Source: Octopus sinensis
Lineage: Eukaryota
Direction of reading: 5' to 3'
Length of the DNA stretch: 21,618 nucleotides
Assembly (NCBI RefSeq): GCF_006345805.1
Contig: NW_021823687.1
Span: 1-21,618 of the forward strand
The position numbers and the translations under genes were made by a program. Positions 10,840-20,734 of this stretch are shown here, in pieces (positions within the stretch are counted from its first letter, which is position 1; each line of letters starts with the position of its first letter). Under the pieces are notes generated by a model that made no database searches, was not told where the DNA came from, and saw nothing but the letters and a program-made list of their open reading frames with translations.

Positions 10840-11925
10840 TTTGGTTTTCCTGATCCAGAAAGCAGGTTGGTCGTTCTCGACCTGACATTTGTAGCAAGAT
10901 AATCAGGCTGGTTGCAATTTATGCACCCAACGTTATGGGCCCGCAAGGTGAATATTTTCCTGACATGGGCAAGTTCCTGGCCACGTCACATTCGCTAGTA
11001 CTGACAGCAGGCTTTAACACAATCTGTGACGCACACAGAGATTGTGTTGGCTCGAACATGAATAGAAAATATAACTCTGGCTTACGGGATCTGCGAAGTC
11101 GCTTTCAGCTGGCAGATCCATATAGGACGTGGTCAAATAGTGACGGATCCTCCAGAACATATCTAGATAGGGTTTTAATTAGAAAAAACAGATAAGTCCA
11201 TATCTAAGTGTCCACAGTTTTATCTAGTCAGCTAGAGTGATCACAAGATGGTTACCTGTAAACTGACAGTAGATAAGTTGCGTAGACAGGGATCTGGCTA
11301 CTGGAAACTCAATACGTCCCTTTTGGCGATTGAGGAGTGCAGAAAGCGGATCGAGATGTTGATAGAGAGGGCATTGACAGGTACCATCATTAATATCAAA
11401 TGGTGGTACGCCCTAAAAAGATCCATAAAATACGAGTCTATTAGGTTTAGCATAAGTTTAGCTAAGAAGGGACGTAGAATAAGAGATGGTCTAGTTAAGG
11501 AACTAGAAGAGAAAGCCTGGAGGACTGGTAATGCGGACCAAGTGAAGGTGAAGAGACTAGAGTTAAACCACACAACGGGAAGTGAAGGAATCAAGGCCGC
11601 TGGATGGGCCCGAGTGGTGGAGGCTCGACAAGGAAATAGTTCCACTATTCGGTCTTTGACAAATGAAAATGGTGGCTTGGTAAACGAACCCGAGGAAATA
11701 TGTGAGGCCTTTCGGGAGTACTTCGCTCAGCTGTTCGCGGGTGATGGCGGTCCTGATGGTGGGAAAGGCCCCGAGGACTTTCTTGCCGAGCTGCCATGCC
11801 TCTCGAGGTCGGATGCGGAGTCTTGCGAAGGGCCGATCACACCTGTGGAGGTGATGGAGACTATGGCCGATTGTAAAGCGGGTAAGTCACCGGGAATTGA
11901 TGGTCTTCCGTATGAGCTGTATAAA
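10840..11925 (+). pseudogene. Tx1/L1-clade LINE ORF2 fragment: AP endonuclease, linker and start of RT
   Basis: DPESRLVVLD; RLVAIYAPN; AGFN at the GDFN position; TWSN..SRTYLDRVLI; SDHKMV; GSGYWKLNTSLL; CEGPIT..KAGKSPGIDGLPYELYK. Contains stops and frameshifts, and is cut off just after ELYK. Confidence 0.9.
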
Positions 11926-11926
11926 T

Positions 11927-12775
11927 GTATTCTCGGGTTACTCTTTATTCACTGTGCTTCCATATAATACGTTTTCGTCTCTACCTATGTACTTGTAGGG
12001 GGAGATAGAGAGACCTTTGATGCACAGGTTTTGGGTTTGGGGAACTGACTTTCCTCGTTCTATAACTAAATATGAACATTTATTTTGGCCAAATTCCATG
12101 CCTATATCAGCTAAAAATGCTGTTATTAATTCCAGTTTATTTTTGGCATTGTTAACACTTTTAGCATAAATCTTTAGGTCGTCTACAAAGAAATTATGAA
12201 TCACATTGATGTTTCTAGCAGTTGAAGATCCTAGCATGTAACCATTTGTGTTCTGCAGTAGAAACGATAATGGATTCAGTGTCAAAATAAAAAGAAATAC
12301 AGAAAGACTATCTCCTTAGAATATTCCCTTTGAAATGCTTATACTATCAGAAACAATTATTCTGTTCTTAGTTGTAAAGGTAAGAATTGCTGTCCATGTC
12401 TTTGTGAGTCTCTCTATAGCATCAATTAAGGTAGTAGGTACATTCGCCAGATGTGGGCCCTTCAAAAGCCATGAATGAGGGATCGAGTCGAATGCCCTCA
12501 TATGGTCAAGTCATACTGTCACAAGGTTTCTACGTTGTTTTCTTACTTCAGTCAGTACAGCTTTGTTTATTAAAACTGATTCAGCACCCCACCGCATTCC
12601 CTGCTTTCCACCCGCCTCTTCATCAGTCACAATATTGTTCGACGCACAATGGTCCTGGAGGAATTGGCTGAGGCAACTTGTGCACAGTTTGTCCATACTG
12701 TTTAGGCAAGCAGTGGGCCCGCAGTTTCCTGCCATCTCGGTGATTTTATTTTCGGCAACAAGATTTGTTGCCAAA
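11927..12775 (-). pseudogene. R4/Dong-clade reverse transcriptase fragment
   Basis: Minus-strand motifs in the expected order: NCGPTACLN (NYRPITCL position); AGGKQG..LINKAVL..RKQRRNL; AFDSIPHSWL; KGIF*GDSL; HNFFVDDLKIYA; DIGMEFGQNKC; YKYIG; and RVTREY after a frameshift. Confidence 0.9.
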
Positions 12776-12884
12776 TATATATTTACACACATACATACGT
12801 GTATACATACATATGTATGTATATATGTATGTATGTTGGGGGGGGGCAAACACAGACACACAAACATATACACACACACACACA

Positions 12885-13051
12885 TTTTTTTCTCTCATAG
12901 TTTCTCTCCTTGTATTTTCTGTGTACCTTTCTGTAGAAGAGCGTAGGCTCGAAACGTAAAAGACTTTTTCTATTCCTGAGCATTACACTAATACATCTGT
13001 TTGTTTTGTACACCACCTGTCTTCGTCTTTTGCTTTTTCGTAAACTTTCCC
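12885..13051 (+). mobile_element. Probable Penelope-like element terminal (pLTR) fragment
   Basis: Non-SINE sequence inside the SINE A microsatellite. It carries a ctgNNgaa-stem-gaaacgt motif of the kind found in Penelope pLTRs and runs into (TA)n. Confidence 0.6.
12927..12962 (+). ncRNA. Minimal type I hammerhead ribozyme-like motif with a non-canonical U at core position 6
   Basis: Stem I cttt (12927-30) / aaag (12959-62). Core CUGUAGA (canonical CUGANGA) plus an extra A. Stem II gagc-gtag-gctc. GAAA, then palindromic ACGU, then predicted GUA cleavage after 12958. Confidence 0.6.
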
Positions 13052-13290
13052 TATATATATACATATATATGACAGGCTTCTTTCAGTTTCCGTCTACCAA
13101 ATCCACTCACAAGGCTTTGGTCGGCCCGAGGCTATAGTAGAAGACACTTGCCCAAGATGCCACGCAGTGGGACTGAACCCGGAACCATGTGGTTGGTAAA
13201 CAAGCTACTTACCACACAGCCACTCCTGCGCCCATCCACTCTACTTTTGTGCTATCTTTAAATTCAATCGCATATGCATAGATATATTCA

Positions 13291-13499
13291 CTCTTTTACT
13301 TGTTTCAGTCATTTGACTGTGGCCATGCTGGAGCGCCGCCTTTAGTCGAGCAAATCGACGCCAAGACTTATTCTTTGTAAGCCTAGTACTTATTCTATCG
13401 GTCTCTTTTTCCGAACCGCTAAGTTACGGTGACGTAAAAACACCAGCATCGGTGGTCAAGCGATGTTGGGGAAACAAGCACAGACACACAAACACACAC

Positions 13500-13560
<61 letters not shown>

Positions 13561-13583
13561 GTGTATGTGTATGTTTGTATATG

Positions 13584-13616
<33 letters not shown>

Positions 13617-13751
13617 CGACGGGCTTCTTTCAGTATCCGTCTACTAAATCCGAGGCTATAATAGAAGACACCTGCCCAAATTGCCACGCTGTGGGACTGA
13701 ACCCGGAACAATGTGGTTCGTAAGCAAGCTACTTACCACGCAGCCACTCCT
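13291..13751 (-). mobile_element. SINE family A, full length with an internal deletion of roughly 20 bp
   Basis: Reverse complement of the A consensus from tail (ctcttttacttgtttcagtc) to head (cagccactcct). aaatcc is joined directly to gaggctat. Confidence 0.92.
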
Positions 13752-13813
13752 ATAATATATGTGTGTGTGTGTGTATAACATGTAACAATTGGTTGATTGT
13801 CAATATATTATAA

Positions 13814-13922
<109 letters not shown>

Positions 13923-13955
13923 TATATATAATTATATATATATATATATTATATA

Positions 13956-14135
13956 AGCGCAGGAGTAGCTGTGTGGTAAGTAGCTTGTATACCAACCACA
14001 TGGTTCCGGTTTCTGTTCCACTGCGTGGCATCTTGGCCAGTGTCTTCTGCTATAGCCTCGGCCGACCAATGCCTTGTGAGTGGATTTGGTAACGGAAACT
14101 GAAAGAAGCCTTTCGTATATATATATGTATATATG

Positions 14136-14182
<47 letters not shown>

Positions 14183-14399
14183 ATGATTGTGTGTCTGTGT
14201 TTGTCCCCCTAGCATTGCTTGACAACCGATGCTGGTGTGTTTACGTCCCCGTCACTTAGCGGTTCGGCAAAAAGAGACCGATAGAATAAGTACTACGCTT
14301 ACAAAGAATAAGTCCTGGCGTCGATTTGCTCAACTAAAGGCGGCGCTCCAGCATGGCCACAGTCAAATGACTGAAACAAGTAAAAGAGTAAAGAGAGTA
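13956..14399 (+). mobile_element. SINE family A, full length
   Basis: Same head, internal microsatellite and gagtaaa-type tail as the copies at 1068 and 16206. Confidence 0.93.
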
Positions 14400-14439
14400 T
14401 ACACAATTCAAAGTACAAAGTCTAAGAGATAATAGCTTT

Positions 14440-14456
14440 TGATAACACACCCCCCA

Positions 14457-14495
<39 letters not shown>

Positions 14496-14603
14496 ACATG
14501 CGTGTATTTTTCATAACTTTTATATTCTGAATCTTCTAAAGATTCATTTATCAAGTTTATATGTACCTATCTGTGTGTGTATCTATCTATCTATCTATCT
14601 ATC

Positions 14604-14646
<43 letters not shown>

Positions 14647-15000
14647 CATCTATCTATACACACATATATATATATACTTATATATGTACATATATATATA
14701 TGCATACGTGTATGTGTGTGTAAAGTATATTTACTTGTATATATATATATAATATATATATATATTATTATATATATATATTATATATATATATATCTGC
14801 GTCGTATATATGTATATGTGCGTACTTATGTATGTATGTATGCATGCATGCATGTATGTATATATGTATGCATGCATGCATGTATGTACGTATGTATGTA
14901 TGTATGTATGTATGTATGTATGTATGTATGTATGTATGTACGTATGTATGTATGTATGTATCAGTATAAGCCTGCATCTATGTATGTGTATATGTATATA
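14440..15000. repeat. (CA)n, (TATC)n, (TA)n and (TATG)n microsatellites
   Basis: (TCTA)n at about 14580-14655 and (TATG)n at about 14828-14960 are directly visible. Confidence 0.95.
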
Positions 15001-15273
15001 CGATCACGATGCCCGTTTGTATAGTTTAGTCTTTTACTCCACGTGACAAGTCTGCCGATGTTTTGAAATTTCACTATTTAATTGTTGCAGTAAGTTCAAA
15101 GAATCTTAATGCATATATACATAGATCTGTAGTTTATATAGATTCTTGTCAGGGTATTTAATAAAAGGAAGTCAATGTTGTTACACTAACAATTTGTAAT
15201 AAATCTTAAAGCATTTTGGCTTATATATGTATACACGTGTGTGTGTGTGTAGGAGAGTGTATAATGCAATATG

Positions 15274-15311
<38 letters not shown>

Positions 15312-15923
15312 ATATATAGACATATGTATATATGTATCTATGTATAAAAAAATCTGCGTGTATGTATATACATACCACCTTTCCGTTATGATATCTATAT
15401 CTATATATCGATATACATATGTATGTATTATGTATGTATGTATGTATGTATGTATCTATCTGTATACATGCATACATTTATACATCAAATACATATTTTA
15501 ATATGCATATATTCCTTTAGCTATACAAGCATATATACATACATACATACATACATACATACATCATATACATATATATCATATAATATATATATATATA
15601 TATATATTATTATATATATATACCGTACCCATTTGCTAGCTTTCTTATAAAGGGGTCTAATGCTCTTAGCTTAGACTTTTTCGGGGGCAACTAAATCGAA
15701 CCATATCTCAAGTGTAACTGCCCGAAATTGTCGTGACTTTTGGAACTTGACTGAGGAAAGAGAGCCACGAATGACCTTACTTGTTTTTCCTGTCTTTCTA
15801 ATTGTTGTTCCTCTCGTCCGGCTTTGTATCGTCTATGTTTTCGAATATTTTAATGTCCTCTATTGCGTTTTTGTTCCACACAACACACACACCACACACG
15901 CACACACATATATATATATATAC

Positions 15924-16088
15924 GAGCACCCCGTCGGTTACGACGACGAGGGTCCCAGCTGATACGATCAATGGAACAGCTTGCTCATGAAGTTAACATG
16001 CAAGTGGCTGACCACTCCACAGATTACGTGAAGAGCACTTCTCAGGGTGGCCATTTGACGTACAGCTACTACTCATTTTTGCCAGCTG
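15924..16088 (-). mobile_element. SINE family D 3' fragment (diverged, internally deleted)
   Basis: gagcaccccgtcggttacgacgacgagggt..gatcaatggaacagcttgctc matches 18290-18360. Confidence 0.8.
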
Positions 16089-16163
16089 ATACAGATATAT
16101 AAATATGTATGTATATATACGCTCATATATATGTGTGTGTATATATATATATATCTATATATC

Positions 16164-16196
<33 letters not shown>

Positions 16197-16205
16197 CACG
16201 TGCGT

Positions 16206-16636
16206 AGGCGCAGGAGTGGCTGTGTGGTAAGTAGCTTGCTAACCAACCACATGGTTCCGGGTTCAGTCCCACTGCGTGGCATCTTGGGCAAGTGTCTTCT
16301 GCTATAGCCCCGGGCCGACCAATGCCTTGTGAGTGGATTTGGTAGACGGAAACTGAAAGAAGCCCGTCGTATATATGTATATATATATATATATGTGTGT
16401 GTGTATGTGTGTGTGTGTGTGTGTGTGTGTTTGTGTATGTGTGTTTGTCACCCTAGCATTGCTTGACAACCGATGCTGGTGTGTTTACGTCCCCATAACT
16501 TAGCGGTTCGGCAAAAAGAGACCGATAGAATAAGTACAAGGCTTACAAAGAATAAGTCTTAGGGGTTGACTTGCTCGACTAAAGGCGGCGCTCCAGCATA
16601 GCCGCAGTCAAATGACTGAAACAAATAAAAGAGTAA
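16206..16636 (+). mobile_element. SINE family A, full length
   Basis: ggcgcaggagtggctgtgtggtaag...ggttcagtccc...(TA)n(TG)n...aatgactgaaacaaataaaagagtaa. Confidence 0.93.
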
Positions 16637-16654
16637 TTAGTAAATTGTAATATC

Positions 16655-16940
16655 ACTCTTTTTCTCAATCTCTCTCTCTCTCTCTCTCTCTCTCCGTTTT
16701 GTTCCCCCTCTCTCTCTCCCTTCCCGTTCTCTCTCTTTCTTTCTCTCTCCCTCTCATTCTGTTTGTGTAAACATATTTCTCTTCCTGCGTATGTGGAGAG
16801 AGAGAGAGAATGTTTATATAAGTCTCTAACACCTTTCTCTCTTGCGCTCTCTCTCTGTTTACCTCTCTGTCTCCCTTTCTTTTTCTTCCCTTTCTCTCCC
16901 TCTCCCTCCTCTCCCCCCCATCTCTCTCTCTCTCTTTTTA
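16655..16940. repeat. (CT)n-rich low-complexity tract
   Basis: Directly visible. Confidence 0.9.
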
Positions 16941-17017
16941 TCGGTGTGATCAGATTTCTCTATGCATATGAGAGGGAGTGTGTTTATGCCAATCGTGATC
17001 GCTTAATAATTTGTGGT

Positions 17018-18172
17018 ATTTCTTATTTCTTTATTACCCACAAGGGGCTAAACACAGAGGGGACAAACAAGAACAGACAAAGGGATTAAGTCGATTATAT
17101 CGACCTCCAGTGCGTTACTGGTACTTATTTAATCGACCCCGAAAGGATGAAAGGCAAAGTCGATCTCGGCGGAATTTGAACTCAGAACGCAGCTGCAGAC
17201 GAAATACCTATTTCTTTACTACCCACAAGGGGCTAAACACAGAGGGGACAAACAAGAACAGACAAAGGGATTAAGTCGATTACATCGACCCCAGTGCGTA
17301 ACTGGTACTTATTTAATCGACCCCGAAAGGATGAAAGGCAAAGTCAATCTCGGCGGAATTTGAACTCAGAACGTAACGGCGGACGAAATACCTATTTCTT
17401 TATTGCCCACAAGGGGCTAAATACAGAGGGGACAAACAAGAACAGACAAAGGGATTAAGTCGATTACATCGACCCCAGTGCTAACTGGTACTTATTTAAT
17501 CGACCCCGAAAGGATGAAAGGCAAAGTCGACTCGGCGGAATTTGAACTCAGAAAGTAACGGCAGATGAAATACCTATTCTTTACTGCCCACAAGGGCTAA
17601 AATACAGAGGGACAAACAAGAACAGACAAAGGGATTAAGTCGATTATATCGACCCCAGTGCGTAACTGGTACTTATTTAATCGACCCCGAAAGGATGAAA
17701 GGCAAAGTCGACCTCGGCGGAATTTGAACTCAGAACGTAACGGCAGACGAAATACCTATTTCTTTACTGCCCACAAGGGGCTAAATACAGAGGGGACAAA
17801 CAAGAACAGACAAAGGGATTAAGTCGATTATATCGACCTCCAGTGCGTCACTGGTACTTATTTAATCGACCCCGAAAGGATGAAAGGCAAAGTCGACCTC
17901 GGCGTAATTTGAACTCAGAACGTAACGGCAGACGAAATACCTATTTCTTTACTGCCCACAAGGGGCTAAATACAGAGGGGACAAACAAGAACAGACAAAG
18001 GGATTAAGTCGATTACATCGACCTCCAGTGCGTAACTGGTACTTATTTAATCGACCCCGAAAGGATGAAAGGGAAAGTTGACCTCGGCGGAATTTGAACT
18101 CAGAACGCAGCGGCGGAGGAAATACCACAAAGCATTTCGCCCGGCGTGCTAACGTTTCTGCCAGCTCGCCGC
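17018..18172 (-). mobile_element. SINE family B tandem array 2: one head plus 6 bodies of about 182-191 bp
   Basis: Units end in gaaatacc on the + strand at 17208, 17392, 17574, 17756, 17941 and 18126. A single head lies at 18127-18172. Confidence 0.95.
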
Positions 18173-18280
18173 ATTTTCGACCAGCTCCTGTCTTAAAACG
18201 GTATCAATACCCAACCTTTCTGCTGTTTTCATGACTATACTGCATTCTAATTATTACCTATATAAATATATATATATATA

Positions 18281-18666
18281 TGTATTTGGAAGCACTCCGT
18301 CGGTTACGACGACGAGGGTTCAGGTTGATCCGATCAACGGAACAGCCTGCTCGTGAAATTAACGTGTAATGGTGAGCACTCCATAGACACATGTACCCTT
18401 AACGTAGTTCTCGGGATATTCAGCGTGACACAGAGAGTTGACAAGGCCGGCCCTTTGAAATACAGGTACAACAAAACAGGAAGTAATAGTAAGAGAAAGT
18501 TTGTGGTGAAAGAGTACAGCAGGGATCACCACCATCCCTGCCGTGCCTCGTGGAGCTTTAGGTGTTTTCGCTCAATAAACACTCACAACGCCCGGTCTGG
18601 GAATCGAAACCGCGATCCTACGACCGCGAGTCCGTTGCCCTAACCACTGGGCCATTGCGCCTCCAC
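18281..18666 (-). mobile_element. SINE family D, full length (tRNA-derived)
   Basis: Minus-strand head gtggaggcgcaatggcccagtggttagggc...ggtttcgattccc with A and B boxes. Internal hairpin gcagggat-caccacc-atccctgc (18519-18541). 3' hairpin gttgatc-c-gatcaac. Confidence 0.9.
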
Positions 18667-19077
18667 ATATATGTATTAGGTTGATGCAAAAAGAGGGGTC
18701 AATTTTTTTTTTTCTATTTTCAGGGAGACACCCTCTTATTTTATTCATATTCCTAGGAAAGCATTGTATGCGAAATTTGGAACTGAAAAAGAGAAAATTA
18801 GAGGCTGCTACCAAATTTTTAAAATAAATGTATTTTAGTTTATGCTGAAAAATATTGTTTTGCTGATATTTTTGCCGGAACCGGTTTGATATATACCTAG
18901 TAAACCTAGTTTGAAAAACAAACAAACAGAAACGATGATATTCTAGGCTATGGGTCACCACACTACAGCCCGCAGGGCGGATCTGGTCCGTGACATCAAT
19001 TTGTCCGGCCCGCCGTCGTATGCTGAAAAAAAATAAACATGTTTTATATTGCTTCTTCTTAGATTACGCATATCGTA

Positions 19078-19347
19078 GGACGGCGAGCTGGCAGAAACGT
19101 TAGCACGCCGGGCGAAATGCGTAGCCGTATTTCGTCTGCCGTTACGTTCTGAGTTCAAATTCCGCCGAGGTCAACTTTGCCTTTCATCCTTTCCCGTTAC
19201 TTAGCGGTTCGGAAAAAGAGACCGATAGAATAAGTACTGGGCTTACAAAAGAATAAGTCCCGGGGTCGAGTTGCTCGATTAAAGGCGGTGCTCCAGCATG
19301 GCTGCAGTCAAATGACTGAAACAAGTAAAAGAGTAAAAGAGTAAAGA
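19078..19347 (+). mobile_element. Chimeric SINE: family B 5' half fused to family A 3' half, with an 8-bp TSD
   Basis: B sequence runs to catcctttc (19193). A sequence starts at cccgttacttagcggttcgg. atatcgta lies at 19070-19077 and 19348-19355. Confidence 0.88.
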
Positions 19348-19523
19348 ATATCGTATGTATACTGAGTCAGTCACGTTACGTAGTATGTATTTCACGCTCC
19401 ATAATAATTGCTACAGTACATCACGTGCGCCTCGGGCGAGTCAGTTATGGGTGATTACAATTAAAACGAGAATATCTGACGCCGAGGCCTGTGACTGCTT
19501 TTGTTTCTTCTTCACCCATCGTT

Positions 19524-20420
19524 ATGGCTACTAAAAAGAGAAAGATTGATGATGAATGTCGCGTTTTCAATAAAGTACTACTTTGTGGAAACAAACGACC
19601 AGAAAGCTAGTTGCCTGATATGCAACGAAGGTGTTGCTGTTACGAAAGAACACAATATTTGTCGTCACTACGAAGCAAAACATCTCTCAACACATTCTAA
19701 ATATTCTGGAAAGTTGCGGTCCGAGAAATTTGAATCTATGAAACGTAGTTTGGAATCTCAAAGGAATTTCTTCACGAAAACGTTTGTTGAAAATGAATCT
19801 ATCACTCGTGTAAGTTACAAAATAGTGAATAAGTTGGCAGAGCGAGGAAAACCATTTACTGACGGAAACCTTCTAAAAGAGTGCATGCTGGAAGCTGCAA
19901 ATGACTTGTATCCTGAAAAAGCTAACATGTTTGGCTGTATCAGCCTTTCAGCAAGTTCAGTTGTGCGGAGAATAGAAGAACTTGGAGAGAATATACAGTT
20001 ACAGATACATAAGAAAGCTAAGAAATTTGTGTGGTATTCTCTTGCGATGGATGAGTCTGCTGGTCTCTCTAGAACAGTGGTTTTCAACCAGGGTTCCGCG
20101 GAACCTTAGGGTTCCGCCAGTACAGTGCAGGGGTTCCGCAAGAAGTTACAAAACTGCTAAAATCGGCAGTAATTTTTAAGTCTCCTGCGCAGATATGTGT
20201 GCATAAGACTATTAAATTATTGCACAGGGGTTCCTCGAGCCAGTGGAATGTTTCCTTGGGGTTCCGCTCCAGCAAAAAGTTTGAAAAGCACTGCTCTAGA
20301 ACATCACAACTTCTTGTGTTCATTGGTGGTTTTATTTGCAACTTTGAGATTATAGAAGAGATGGCATCCGTTTGCAGTATACATGGAACAATAACTGGGG
20401 AAGATATTTTCATAGAGGTG
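19524..20420 (+). pseudogene. hAT transposase N-terminal remnant, interrupted by a MITE and truncated
   Basis: MATKKRKIDDECRVFNK, then a frameshift to KYYFVE..KASCLIC..RHYEAKH (BED-like finger), GKPFTDG..KEC, ISLS..SVVRRI, YSLAMDES. After the MITE it continues SQLLVFIGG..EE..TGEDIF. Confidence 0.88.
20075..20293. mobile_element. 219-bp hAT-type MITE
   Basis: TIRs cagtggttttcaa / ttgaaaagcactg. Perfect 8-bp TSD ctctagaa (20067-20074, 20294-20301). Repeated gggttccgc motifs and the palindrome ggttccgcggaacc (20092-20105). Confidence 0.93.
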
Positions 20421-20734
20421 CACTTTTTCTAAAACTTCTAACTTGGTAATATGTCGGTATTATTAAAATATGATTATTGTTTTTATTATTTTGTGTATTT
20501 TATGTATTGATAAATAAATAGGATGACTGTCTTTATATTTTGTGTAAATTCAGAATATTCTATATTGTACTGAATTGAACAAAATATTTATCCGGTCAGC
20601 GCTTGGTATTCTTTTCGCTGTATCTGGCCCACTATGAAAAACAGTTTGGTGACCACTGTTCTAGGCTGTAGTACGTAGTGAGGTACAGTGTATAGCGCAT
20701 TAAGTTCTTTTTTGTGTTAAGTTTCCCAGTCAGC

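Larger units (their letters stand above)
12839..13232 (-). mobile_element. SINE A 5' half, with its internal microsatellite interrupted by a Penelope-type fragment; 3' half absent
   Basis: 13071-13232 is the reverse complement of the A head. 12839-12884 (gggggcaaacacagacacacaaac) matches the A segment that follows the microsatellite. Confidence 0.82.
18949..20658 (+). mobile_element. Internally deleted hAT DNA transposon (Buster/Charlie/SPIN group)
   Basis: 8-bp TSD ttctaggc at 18941-18948 and 20659-20666. Right TIR agtttggtgaccactg matches the left end tatgggtcaccacact at 12/16. Subterminal ggcccgc-type motifs and a transposase remnant lie inside. Confidence 0.9.

Noticed and set aside
11248-12285. 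Functional endonuclease or RT genes
   Set aside because: Both frames have stops, frameshifts and deletions and are truncated; recorded as pseudogene fragments.
15750-15775. ctgagga as a second hammerhead core (also ctgacga near 3292 and ctgaaga near 3467)
   Set aside because: No stem II followed by GAAA, and no stem I pairing.
18590-18666. tRNA gene at the head of SINE D (and at the heads of A copies)
   Set aside because: A and B boxes are present, but I cannot fold a complete acceptor stem and the sequence continues into a multi-copy SINE body.
18671-18905. Mariner-like terminus tattaggttgatgcaaaaag
   Set aside because: It resembles a mariner TIR, but I could not find a convincing matching right TIR or TA duplication.
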